Notes: generated from the letters alone by a model not told the origin. A DNA stretch of 64,000 nt from Marsupella aquatica (GCA_973895155.1 OZ316899.1:2687455-2751454), one strand, 5' to 3'. Shown: positions 26,201-38,544, counted from the first letter of the stretch. Program-made: numbers and translations.

Positions 26201-26878
26201 TTGAATTTCTTGAGAGTTTTAATGCTAGCGATGTCGCTAACAAAATTATAATTTTCAGCTACCAAACATATCTGGTTTATGTGTTAATTTTCTATTTTCC
26301 GACTAAGTTAATGCTAGCGAGCTCGCTAACAAAGTTAGCATTGTTTCTGGTGTATTTTGGTTTTTATGCAGGTGTGCACTCTCATCCTGGATGTTTTTTG
26401 TCGGGTGGAATTTAGTGCAAAGATTCCTAAAGACCCAGCGTATGTTCCATTGACGTCTTCGGAAGATGCAAGACATAAGTCAATGTTGAGTGTTTGTTAC
26501 CCTAAGACTGACCCCTGTCCAGAAGCGGCTGTTGCTGGATCAAAAAGGCTTTCAATTGGGTTCATGCAAGCCGTGATGGAATTCCTCACGAAGCCCAGAG
26601 ATATAGTCCTTGACTAGACTGTGTGTGACGGTAGCTCGTTTTTTGTCGGAGAATTCTCCGGGAGATTTGTTGTCGGTGTTGAAGACAGGGACATTCTCCA
26701 TTGCTGTGCAGAAAAAACTTTAAACAGTGTTCTGGCGAGGCATTCGAGCAAGGCAAAGCAGATTAGGGATCAGCCAGCCAAGGTTAATCAAGACGCTGGG
26801 TCGGATGATGAGTTCACGATTCCAGGGGATGAACAGGCTGGGCCTTCAAGCGAGAAAGACAAATTCGACCTGGAGTAA
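23262..26878 (+). CDS. MULE cargo gene: ParB/Srx-like N-terminal domain plus C-terminal beta-class N4C/N6A DNA methyltransferase-like fold (about 1085 aa; one in-frame TAG)
   Basis: Exons 23262-23965, 24060-25420, 25507-26189 and 26372-26878 splice in frame at GT-AG. Motifs FCVFDGNHRLYSW (about 23800-23845), HLGFISLPTG (degenerate motif IV position) and KRLSIGFMQAVMEFLTKPRDIVLD*TVCDGSSFFVGEFSGRFVVGVED (motif X/I/II pattern). TAG at 26615-26617. A further 3' exon (26913-27320) is possible. Confidence 0.7.
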
Positions 26879-29459
26879 AGTACTTGGCCTCTTCTGATGT
26901 CGGACTCCCTATTTGGTTTCTTTTGTTTCTTTATTTTGTTGCTCTTCGTCAACTGATGTCGGTGGTTGCGTCAGTGATAGGAGGGTGGATTGGTTTTCTG
27001 AGGAGAGATTCCGTCTTCGGAGGGAAGTTCAGGAGTCCATTGTGGTTACTCCTGAGAAGCCTTTTACTCTTCCATGCTATGCTGAGACATCGGCGAGGCA
27101 AGTTGATGAAGATCCTGTTATCTTGACTTGGGAATCAAAAGGACTTCGGTCCATGAGAGGTGCTCGAAGATATCTGGATTGTTCAAGGTTTATCGACAAT
27201 GAGGCGGGGACAGTCCGTCAGTATTTAGATGAGTCTGCCGAGTCCACAGAGAGGGAGACCAGTAGCGATCCTAGTAGTAGTGACATCTCTGATGAATCAG
27301 AGGATGAAGTTTATGACTGAACAAGTAAGAGGAAGTAGGACTGGATGTACTGGTCGAAGTTGACTCTTACCGTTTTTCTGTCTTGAAGTTGTTGGCGATC
27401 CAACCTCTCAATGTAAAGAGGTTCCATATTTTGATGGGAGTTTCTAGTTTTGGTGATCCTTTTTAGATGATTAAAACGTGTGTGGCTCAAGTATGGAATA
27501 CTTATGAAAATCATGCAGGATTTTTCATTGTCATATTCTTTTCATTATTGTAAGAGGTGGAAAACTAAGACTGTTTGGGCATTGTTTTCGTGGAATGTGA
27601 GAGAAATTTATCCGCCAGAATGCTTCGCTAACAATGTTGCCTCGCTAGCAAAATCTCCTGTTTCCTCGCACCGTACAACTCCTCAGGAGTAAAGTCCTTT
27701 GACTAAGGACTTCACTGCTATCCATACTCCTGAGTCAAGGACTATATAGTCCTTAGTGATTAACTAGATAGTACTTTGCCAAGGACTCAACTCGTTTCTC
27801 ATGCCAGACTTCACTTGACAAGGATTCAACAGTGCTTCCTGAAGGCCTAGATAGTCAGTCCTGAAGGAATTTTCCTGGAACAGAGTCCTTCCTGCTAGGC
27901 TATATAGGACGTCAGGTCTCACAAAATTATTCAGATCCTACCTTAAAGAAAAAACTAGGCGGTTACAGCAGAGCACAATGGCTAAAGCACACATGAAGGA
28001 AAACTACTTCTCAACATCTGCAGATCGTATTATGAGTTAAAATCAAAAGTGGCAAATCAATCATGGAGAATTTCTCACCTGTGTATCCTCCAGCTAGTGC
28101 ACTTGATGTGTTTCATACATTTTCCGCCCTAGTTGCAATCTGGCTTCATTGTTCTTACATGGAGAAATCCGAGTGTGGGTTTCCCAAAAGTGTTCCACCT
28201 GTTTTTGAACTTCATCAGAAATCTTATCTCGACGTACCTTTCTTTCCCCCATAGGATAAGTTTTTTCACGATCTTCATCAATCTGCATCCTGATCTTAGA
28301 TGCCCTATGAAGATTTTGCCGTTGTATACCCAAAGCTTGAGCTAGAGATGTCTGCTGCCTTCTATCTACACATGTCTTTCCTACAAGTGCTGACAAAACT
28401 TGGTAGTTTGCAGCAAGATGGTCTTTGCGCTTCCCTTGCTTCACTATGCTCAAGGTTTTCCTCACATCACATAATGCAGCAGCTACAGCCCAATCAATTT
28501 TAGGCGAACCTAGTCTTGTAGACTGGTACTTCTTCAAGTATTTGTGCAACCAGATACCAGATAGTACTGCCCTCCTTGCACCTACATTGAATGTAGCGGT
28601 CTTCTCCAAAATGTACCTAACTATATCTGATAACACAATTGTAATGCACCTTCTCTTTTGGTTGGGAGTTACACCATCTTCTGGAACAGAGCGCTTGCTC
28701 CTTTGGTACTCAAATCTCTTCCCGTCTGCATCCTTCCTCCTCTTCTCAAGAATGGAATCACAACCACAATTATCGTGCTCACCTTTATTTAGTGGATGAA
28801 GGTGGGCTGCATGCACTTGAGTGCAAGCAGTTTGGGTGCTCTGCCTTGGCATTTGAATGTGGGCGTTGACCTGTGTTGGAATGCTTGCCCTTAGGGTCCT
28901 CCGCCTAGACTCTAAAATCTCAAAATGGCATGAATGCGCAGCCTCCTTGAGATTTTCACTTTCTTCCCGGGCTGTACGCAACATCACAGCGGTAGCTTCA
29001 TGAGCCTCACTAGTAATTCTCATTGCCTCTTATTGCCCAGCAGCCAATAACTCTCTGTGCCTTCGGTTGCCATCAATCACTAAATCTTGACATTGCTGCT
29101 TAGCACTCTCCATCATGAGATTGCACTGTTGTTGTGTTTCATGAATCATTTCATCAATGGTAACTGCCTGTTGACCACCTATGTGCTGACCATTTGCTAT
29201 TTGCTCTTGTCTTTTCAACTTGGATTTGCAATTTGCCAACCTTTGCTTCTCCAACCTCTCTCTTGCTAGGGCATCGGATACCTGATTAAGAGTAGCCATT
29301 TCAGCCTAATCATGGAGCATCAAATACGTCGGGGTGTTCAACTTCCTTTACCAATCAAAGGCCGCCCACCCTCATAGAATCAAATTCACCTACGTCCCAG
29401 GGATCCAATTTCAATTCATGACTTAGAACATACCTCACAAAATCATCACATTTAATCTC

Positions 29460-30500
29460 TAGACTTGCTACCCTTCCTGATCGAGTCCAATGCAACTTCT
29501 CCTCTTGAAAAAGAAAAGCCCTAAGAAAGCCTTTCAAACTGGGAACTCCCTAAATTGTGTCAATCATCAAATACTCTGTCTAGCTAGTGTCCTTGCTTCT
29601 CCAGTCCAAAGCAACTTCTCCTCTTCAAAACAAAAGCAAATCAATTTAATTTAATGTTCCTCAATTCTGTTCACGATAGCTGCCAATACTGATTTGATTG
29701 ACTGCTTGACCTTCCTCTCCATGCTCTTTCTTGAAGTTCCTATTCAGATTCAAATGTACGTCGGCAGCAAAGCTTCAGACCCTAATAAATCTGCAGCTTC
29801 ATTGAACCTCCTTTTTGCACTCATTCCCCATGCTCTGAAGGCAACACGGATTTATCAGAGCATGGATCTCACATCATACCACGGATCTTGCTCTTTCAAT
29901 CAATTTAACCCAATCATAGAACTTTCCAGAGTTGCTACCTATTTTGCTTTCCACAAGGCTAGGTATTTTAAAGGCCACTGTTGGTCATTCCAGACTTTAA
30001 CGCAACTTGGACTCTTGTTAACAAACAAAGCCTTTCAAAATTTAAGCTACTCTAATTCTGTCAATCATCACATACTCTGTCCACCGTCCTTGCTTCTTCA
30101 GTGCAAAGAAAAATCTCCTCTTTGAAAACAAAAGCATTGAGGCATATATTTACCTCAATTCTGCCGATGATGGCTGCTAGTGAGTGATTTGAATCAATGT
30201 TCAACCCTTTGATCCTCTTCAGACCTCCTTTGCACTCTTTCCCAAAGTTCCTGTCATCATCAGCAATGCTTCAGACCCTAATAAAACTTGCAGCTTCATT
30301 GCCCTCCTTTTTACGCTCATTCCCCTTGCTCATGCTGGGATTTGAATGTCATCCGCAAAGCTTCAGACGCAAATTAAATCTGCAGCTTGATTGGCTGTTT
30401 GGCAGAGCTTCAGGTAAACCCTACCCTCCTTTTTGCATGAGCTCATTCCCCATGCTTTGAAGGCAACACAAATTAGAACATCTTGAATCTCACATCATCG
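29460..30500. repeat. Degenerate ~500-bp tandem duplication upstream of the Sola2-like transposase
   Basis: Paired blocks such as aagcctttcaaa...tcaatcatca.atactctgtc at about 29527 and 30028, and gcttcagaccctaataaa..gcagcttcattg at about 29772 and 30267. Confidence 0.7.
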
Positions 30501-32607
30501 CCTCTTGAATGAATTCTCACAGAGGCATCCATCTTGTGCTTCACGAGGCTAAGTATGCACCCTTGCGCGCGGCTTCGATACTTTCTGAACAAATTGTAGC
30601 TCGCGCCTAAGTGAGAAGGACTCTCACTCCTAGATTTTGAAAATTCCCTGTGGAACTAGTAGCGCCAACGACATTCTTCCACAGAACTAGTTGTCCAACT
30701 GTAAATTACATGTCCGGACAAAAAATGAGTTTCCCCAAAGGACTTTGACTCCTTGTTTTTGAAAAGTCCTCCACGCAGAACTAATAGCGCCAGCACTCTC
30801 CTAGAGAACCGATTGTCCTTCACTCATAAATTATAGTTGCGATAAGAAAGGGGTTACCTCGGGAGCTGAAATACTAATGAATGCGTCTTATACGCATTTG
30901 ATTTGTTTAAGTCCTTTTTGACTTTAGATGTGCTAATCTTGGCCGTTGATAGTCCTTTGGATTAGTGAAAGGACTGGAGACTTTTTGCCTCCTTTGGTAG
31001 TCCTCAATCTTGCAATGCACCATGTGTCAAATTTTGCTGATTCTGTATATGAGACATGTGAGATTTTTGTTATTAATTGTGAGTGTTTACATTTTAGGGT
31101 TTAGAACTCTAAAACTAATGACTCTAAATCTAGTGATCAATATACTCCAATGTACTTTCATTCAAGTTCTATAATACACCCAAATCTAGTGATCAATACA
31201 CTCCAATGTACTCTCATCCAAGTTCTATAATACACCCAAATCACTATATTTGCAGTGATACTAGACTATGGTCATACTACTATGACTATAGTTATCATCA
31301 ATCTGATGTTCGTCACCCATTTTAAAGTTGTAACATAGCAATCTATAATACTTAAGATGTAGTCATATAGCAAGTAATAATGGATTGAATGATATATCTA
31401 TAAATAGGGTCATATAACAAATAACAAAATCTCTACAATTACTACTTCAATTTGAGATATATAACAAGTACTTAAATTGAAAAATAATATATCTTTATTA
31501 CATCAAACTTGGGTATATAACATGTAGTAAGTATGTCAAAATATTTCATGTTATCACTTCAAATTTAGTGATAGGACAAGTCTAAAAGGTGGTTTGGTTA
31601 TGACTTCAATTCTAGTCATATAACTAGTATTAAATGTGTGACACAAAGTATCTTTCACACTCAAAATCTAGTCATATATTGGCAAGGGCTATATAATTTC
31701 TACTTGAATGCTAGTCATGAAATAAGTTGTTTAAGGTTCAAGGTGCATTGACCACAATTGACTTTTGACAAATGTCACCCCCAAGGATTGTGGAGATCTA
31801 GGTATCATTTGTTAAAAAAATTCACAATAGTAGTTGTTTTGGGCAAAATTTAAACAACTATTATTTTTCTAGTTATTTAAGACCGTTGGGTTTGAAAGCG
31901 ATGGTGACATAAAACACTCATACGTTTTGAGTTCTTGTTATAAACAACTTTATGCTCAATACCACTACTTGTCTAAAACGACTGACATTAGTGCACTCAA
32001 ACCATTGAGTTGTAAATTGTCCGTTATTACTCTGAAACAAGTGAATTAGGTAGTGATAAAATTCCAATTTCCTTCTAGTGCAGAGCGCTATCGACTTCAA
32101 GGGAAGGAGGTGGCTAATCCTTCAAAGGATGGGTTGAATGACAACGACTCCAACGCAACTGGAAGCGAGGACAATGCTGAAGCGGAATCGGAGGAAGAGG
32201 GTCAGGACCCAGAAGAGGGACTGATCCCAGCCTTGAGAGGGCTGAACACGGAACCAGAGGATGACGTCGAGCCGGATGTCATCGTGGATAATTTGACCAA
32301 GGAAAACCAGGGCAATGCGGGTGATGCCTCAGCCCCGAGAGGTCATGGTGCTCGCAAGACGCGGGGAGTGTCACCAAAATCCACGAGAGAACCTAAGGAC
32401 AGGCGGCCTGCAAAGGAAAGAGGGTTAGAGGACCGTCCTCATACAACCCCCTGATACAACCCGCAAGGGCCCAGCCGCTGACAACGGTCTGGGTCCGTTG
32501 ACTCAAGACCAACGACTCATTTATGAGCAGTCAAACACAACAAGGGGGCCCAGATTAAGTACTTACTTAGTCTTGGTAGTCAGAGTGCGACGCATCCCGA
32601 GGGGGGG

Positions 32608-34470
32608 ATGGTAGTTGGACGGAGTATGTTTCAAGTGAACCAGCTACCGACTCCTCCAACTTATGACGTGGTCTACGAGTAGAGTGGACAAAAGTTCCTG
32701 AGTTGGCTCTCCACAATGGAGATTCATCTCCAAGCGTGTGTTGAGCGTTCCACTTAGGCTACCGCAACCGCTCCTTACCTGAAGGACTATGCCTTGACTT
32801 GGTACAAGTCATGGAAGAAGACACGAGAGGACTCCTCCTTGCCGTTAACTTGGGAAAACCTGGTTGAGGGACTCCATGCTCATGTCACCACTAAGTACCC
32901 GGAGTAGCACGCTCAGAATGTGTAACGGAGATGAGCTTCAGGGGTGATATCCAAAAGTTCATCACTTATTACCAGAATCAGTTGGCGTGTATCCCGGCGG
33001 GACAAGAGACCCTACATACACAGCTTCACAACTTTATAGTGAAGCTCCCGCCGTTGCTCACGGAAAAGTTGCAAGAAAAGCGTCATGAGTTCAAAACGCT
33101 TTTTGACGCCTTTGACAAGGCCACTACATTGGTGAATAACCGATCGGACTTGGCGAAGGTGGGTGGCAAGGGATCTGAGGGGGAAGCTGGGAAAGCAAAA
33201 GGTCGCGGGAATAAGCGTAAGCAACTTGAGGGGGCGGGGGCCGGTGGTTTGGATCCCCAACCCCACAATGGAGAAGCTAAGCAAAACCGGAAGGCCGACA
33301 ACTTCAAGAAAGGAACCTCATCGGCGCAAAAAGCAAAGAAGCAAGCACTCATGGAGTAGAGGTGGGCGGAAGGTTTGTGCTTCACGTGTGGTGCCATGGG
33401 CCATCAAAGTAAGGATTGTTCCATGAAAGGTGGAAAGCCAAGCGGAGATGGAGGGCAGAAGAGCATTGAGGTAAGTATCACTCTAACCAAACCCTTAGTA
33501 GGTGACAAGGTCCCTGTAGGGGATGTTCCTGCCGGAGAGAAGGTGTTGTTGCGAGAGAAGATACCTAAGGTTAAGACAATGGATCCTGAAAAACTGATTT
33601 TTGTGAATGTCACTTCTAACGGTAATCTGGGTGTTGCTTTGGTAGATACAGGCGCGACCGCCTGTTTCATAAGTGGGCAGGCGGTAGCACGTCTTGGGGT
33701 GGACGTGCAAGAGTTGCTGCAACCGTTAGTGTGCAAGTTTGCCAACGACACAAATGGGGTAGTATCAAGAGTAGTACATAGACTTTGAGTAGAGGTCATA
33801 GGCAAACAACAAAATTTTGTTAGTCAGGAGATGTTCTACGTTCTAGACGGTCTAGCCGTAGACTTCATTTTGTTGGTAGGTTATCTCAGGAAGCACAATG
33901 TTACCTTGAAATCGGGGGGTGAAGTGCTCCATTTTCCCAATAAGGGCGGTGAGCCCATTGTTGTACACAAAATTACCAAAAATAAAGAAAGAGTTCTTAA
34001 AGTAAGTAAAGTGTCGTGGTTGTCTCCGTGTGTATCGGCAAAGCAATGGTGGAAAGACTTCAAGGGTGGACATGAATGTTTCTTCTTTCATCTCCACCCA
34101 GTTAAGGAGGCTGCTTTGTAGCCAAAGGTTAATTTGGCTAAGGTTGGGCCCGTTGTGGTCGAATTCCTAAAATTTTAGAGGAATTCAATGACGTGCTCTC
34201 GCAGAAGCTACCTAAAGGTTTACCCCCGCGGAGAGAAGTGGATCACCAAGTTGAGTTGGAGCCGGGTTTGGCTCCTCAGGCTAAAGCTCCTTATGGTCTG
34301 AACCTGAATGAGCAAATGATGTTCAAGAACGCCTTGGAATAATTGATCAACCAAGGGTTCATTCACCCTAGTAAGAGTCCTTACGGGGCGCCCGCGCTGT
34401 TTGTGTCCAAAAAGGATGGTACTTTGAGATTGTGCGCAGATTACCAGGCCCTCAATAAGCAGACGGTAAA
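32608..34470 (+). pseudogene. Gypsy A gag, protease and RT N-terminus
   Basis: Zn knuckle CFTCGAMGHQSKDC; protease ALVDTGAT; [38 protein letters not shown]. Several stops. Confidence 0.9.
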
Positions 34471-34519
34471 ATCAACCTATTCATTAAAAGTGTATTATTA
34501 TTTGATTTATGTACTTCTG

Positions 34520-34815
34520 GGCTTGAAAAAGTGTACATTTGGCCAATAAAAATGTACATTTGGGGATAGAAAAGTGTACAATTGGCCTAAAGAGTGTACA
34601 TTTTGGCAATGAAAAGTGTATATTTGAGCATCAAAATAGGTACATTTGAACTTAAAAAGTGTACATTTGAATACATTTGGCCTAAAACGTGTACATTTGA
34701 GTAAAAAATGCATACATTTGGCTTTAAAAGTGTACATTTAAGTGCATTTGGTCTAGAAAGTGTAGCTTTGAGTGCAACAAAGTGTACATTTGGCCTAAAA
34801 AGTGTACATTTTCCT
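34520..34815. repeat. Left subterminal array of AAAGTGTACATTT motifs
   Basis: More than 10 copies of aaa(g)tgtacattt. Confidence 0.9.
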
Positions 34816-35047
34816 AGCAACTCTTATTATAATCACTTAAAAGAAAGGAATGAATAGAAAAATATTTTTATTTATGCAAAACAAAACATTCATATTCATA
34901 ACGATCAAACCTTTAGGAAATTAGGAGATAATATAATTAACACTCAAATAACTAGTACGTAACTTACTATGTTAGAATGAGTGACTATCTTACATAAAAA
35001 CTAGTAACTATCTAATTATACCTTGAGTTTGCTAGTAACAACTAAGT

Positions 35048-38000
35048 CTACTTGTCCATCCTTTGGAGATAACTTTGGACAATTTGTAGAACATTTCGAG
35101 GATTCTTCAAACCTCTGCTCGCCATGTTTTCTTCTTTCATTCCAGATTTAAAACCATACATTGCAGAATTTGCATACTGCCAATGTTGAGTGTTCTCACC
35201 AAACCCTAGATCGCGTTCCCATGTCTTAGTGGACATGAACAATTTAGATACCGTGCACTCTCAGTCACATCAAGTTTAGAGTATTTAGGCCTCCACCATT
35301 CGACTAGAAACATTGGAGCAGAGGAGGGTTTGTTGAAGCAGTAGTTGGGATTTCATTCTTAGGGTCCACTGAACCCAAAGCCCTCACCAACCAGAAATGA
35401 CCTCCACCGTTTTTCTTCTCCCAGTCATCCTCGGGTCGAAGAAATACAAAGTTCCCTTCACAAATATCCTTTAGGGGAATCCACCGTCCTTGTTCTCTCT
35501 CAACTCGAGATCCAACAAATGGTGCTACTTGATCTTCCATCTCTTCCAAGACCTCATTTTGAAGAGCCGTCATCTCTGCATTCTCCTCATCTTCACTTGG
35601 AGGACCATTTTGTTCCAGTTGGTTGACCTTGTAACCAGTGCCGTGGTTAGTCTTAGGCCAAAATCTGTTTTTCAAGGGAAATTGAGTACTTCCCTCCCCT
35701 TCTAGTGCAAGGCCATTTGTCAACAACTCCACAATTCTCTCCCAATATTTCACAAGAGGAAATTTTTCCTTATATGCTATAGATGTCTCATCAGTGCAAC
35801 TCCTTCTCAAAAAATCAAGGTACTTGTTAAGAAATGGGATAATCTCTTCAGATTTTTTGTGTATCTCTCCAATGGATTAGCTAAGGGCTCTCCACTAGGT
35901 AAAAGAAGAGAATTTGTTGTCAAATCTGTTGCCCAAATGCACCTTCCATCAACTGGAGCCCAAGCCTGCTTTACATGAGACTTATACTGAAATATTGGTA
36001 CATTATCTCTCATAGAGAAAAGAAATGATACGGGTTTTGATCCTCACCATGTTGGGTGGAGACCGTCTCCATCTAACTCTCGGCTGCATCTTCAAAACCA
36101 ATATACCTATTCATTGGAATAGTCTTTGGTTCCAAATATCCCTTAAAAAATGCATCAAAGTCAAGAAGGGCTTGAAAGAAAGGTCTATGAGGTTCCAAAT
36201 AAAGGCCATCCAACATGTCACCTGTCTTGTCTCCATTGTACTCCCCAAGGTCTTGAAGACACTTAGCCAAGGATGTCACAGTGAAATTGGCATCTCCTGG
36301 CCAAAGGCCAGTGACACTAAAGTGTGCATAAACTCCAGGATCCCTACCATGGGTCAACATCCCTATGAGAGCAATAGGTAGTGGCATTCCATGACCTGAA
36401 AGCGATTTAGGAGTACTGACCATTTTTGGAATCCACGTCTTTATTTGATCCATCTTGTCGTGAATGATGCAAAGATATTCTCCTGGATGTTGCTTGGCCA
36501 TCACTCGATGAGTATAATAAACATATCTACGTGACATTTGCTCACGAAGATGTTGCGCTTGTTTTTCTTCAATTTTAGCATGTACTTTTTTCCTTCTTTC
36601 TTGCATCAAACTATCTTTATATTCACAACAAAGAGTACACTTGGCAAATGCACCATCTTTGTGGAAACTGAAGTTTGCAAATGATTTGCTCCAAATCTTG
36701 TACAGAGTATTCTTTGTAACTGGAGGAAGGCCCTCGTCCTTCATCTTTGTTCTCACATCTTCCAGAATCTCCAACTTGTAACACGCTGGAAGACGATACT
36801 CAATGGAGTCTGTCCCATGAGCCCCAACATAAGGTATATGAGGCATGGGTTCCGCATTTCGAGTCAAAAAATCCTACAATAGAGCTCGTGCATGCAAGGT
36901 ATTTGACCTTGTTTTCATGGAGCCCGTGTTTCCATGGAACCCAAATTTGCAACCTTCCACATATCTCCTTTTGTAATCATAATATTTTGTGTGGCTAAAG
37001 CCATGGATAATTGCAAATGCATGTCTACATACGACCATACCCTTGAGAACATGGTGCCCCTTATCACAAACATCATCTTCTCTGTAGTGGAAGAGGTTGA
37101 AAATGTGTGATGTTTTTGACTCGCTAGAATACCGTGAAATTCTATCCGAATATCTTCTATGTCTTCTCTTGGCATAGTCAAACAACATTTCTACTTGCAA
37201 AAATTCTCTCTTTTAATTTCATCAATCGAAGCTTCCGTTGTTTTTGAAACTGCCTTGGTTTCCAACAACCTTCTCTTCTTTTCAATCGGATCTACATGAC
37301 TCCTCTTGTTGAAATTGTATGGCCTTGTGTGCGGCATTCCTCTATCATTAATATTTGGATAGAGATCATCCCTATCCACTGACTCCATCCTCTCTGAACC
37401 TTCAACCAAAATATCCGACAAAAATTTCTCATTTGCAAGTAGATTTGTTGAATCAATTTGCCATCGAACCAAAGTAATTACTCCCCTATGGATGTTGGGA
37501 AAGTATTGTGATTCCACCACATCTTTCACAGCAATCCCGACACGGTCCTCGCCAAGGATTTCATCATCAACCGCCACCGTTTGTTGAGGCATAGTGGTAG
37601 TCCCTGTGGCAACCCTATTGGTTCGATCTGAACCAATGTATAGTTTGACCAACTTTGACATCCAATTTGACCGTTGGAAATAGTCACAATTAGTTTTAGA
37701 AATTTCGGCTGATGGAGACTCCACAACAAAACTCCGCTCTATGTCAATATTGTCACCCGCATCCTTCTTTGAGAAACTCTTTCTACTTCGGACATCCGCT
37801 ACATCCCAGAGAACCCATGAGTCTTTTGCCTCATCAATTGTTTCAGCCCCACTATGTTTGTAAGGTAAAACCCTACTCCCATGAATGACATCAGTGACCC
37901 TCACACTGATCCGTGATTCACCAAGTAAAATGTTGTGACATTTGTCCATTGGATTTGTATTAAAAACAACTCCAAGGGCTACACAACACCCAGAGATGAA

Positions 38001-38210
38001 CATTTCAACCTCGTCCCCTTGCCTTAGAGTGGTTGATGAGTCCTCCTCTACAATTGGATTTTTCTCCAAATTACTCTCCGGTCGATTTGAACAACTACCT
38101 ACACTGATGCGTTTTTGAGAATTTGTTGTTGCTGATAGATATGCGCAAGACAAATCCCAAATAATGCAAGAATCAATGGCATCAAAAAGGTTTTCTACCC
38201 GAGGCATCAA
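35048..38210 (-). pseudogene. DUF7869/Sola1-like transposase with two N-terminal Tnp1/DUF8039-like repeats; catalytic core apparently deleted
   Basis: FAKCTLC...H.......R.VY...R...KQHPGEYLCIIHDKMDQIKTWIP...LIGMLTHG...WPGDANFTVTSL. The LQLDN..NKN and VGHTHEDID motifs expected next are missing. Stops and frameshifts at about 37190 and 36870. Confidence 0.75.
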
Positions 38211-38544
38211 AAATGATAGTTTTGCGGTTTGGTCAAAAACTTTGTCAATGAGAACGCCAATTCAATTCTCTCTCAACAATATATTTTGAACACTATCCTC
38301 CGAATTGATTTTTTGAACTATCCCGCTTGCAAAGTTGTAACCATCAATAGTCAATATCACATTGTCGCCTCTCACAAATGTTCCCATCATTCTTTCACCT
38401 GCACAATTTGAAATGTAAATTATTAGTTAAAGATGATCCCAACTAGGAAGCGGAAAGTTGTCAATCCTATCTAGGGACAGCGCATATGACGCATAAAAAA
38501 CCATGAACCTAATACCCAAACTGCGGATATAGATGATCCCTATC

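Larger units (their letters stand above)
16587..27684. mobile_element. MULE (Mutator-like) element, 11.1 kb, with short TIRs and cargo genes
   Basis: Imperfect 27-bp TIRs: gggtcattgtagcgtgcgaggaaacag (16587-16613) and ctgtttcctcgcaccgtacaactcctc (27658-27684). 9-bp TSD AGGAGTAAA at 16578-16586 and 27685-27693. Removing the insert restores one array unit (aaggagtaaagtcctt). Contains a MULE DDE/SWIM transposase. Confidence 0.8.
13445..29299 (-). pseudogene. Sola2-like transposase. Exon 29299-28079, a 12.6-kb intron (28078-15474) containing the MULE, then exons from 15473 to about 13445
   Basis: N-exon RKVRRDKISDEVQKQVEHFWETHTRISP...H*LEDTQ splices in phase 0 (CAG|gtgaga...tttacag|TAT) to YQFYSAFCDW...FKPYYVR. 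Catalytic motifs IDFSKNY, EIQSQHW, WSDGAASQFK, SGHGKG..DALGGHIK; C-terminal RELSCFCVAC. Stops at 29030-29032, 28094-28096 and 14841-14843. Confidence 0.85.
7847..31021 (-). mobile_element. Sola2-like DDD DNA transposon, about 12.1 kb net plus an 11.1-kb MULE insertion
   Basis: 27-bp imperfect TIRs: ggtggattgcatgatcgaggactacca (7847-7873) and tggtagtcctcaatcttgcaatgcacc (30995-31021). 4-bp TSD ATGT at 7843-7846 and 31022-31025. Contains a Sola2-type transposase. The superfamily label is from recalled motifs. Confidence 0.8.
5526..32080 (+). mobile_element. CACTA element 2, 3' part, interrupted by the Sola2-like element; right end abuts gypsy A internal sequence
   Basis: ORF2 homologous to that of CACTA1 at 5526-7664. 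The 3' UTR rejoins across 7846/31026. AT-rich subterminal region (tagtcata/tgacta motifs) at 31080-32050. Terminus caatttccttcTAGTG ends at 32080. Confidence 0.8.

Noticed and set aside
16593-27678. Reading the MULE ends as a TA TSD (Tc1/mariner-like) or no TSD
   Set aside because: A 9-bp TSD with equidistant G..C termini fits the MULE transposase and restores the host array unit. Caveat: the TSD equals an array motif, so some ambiguity remains.
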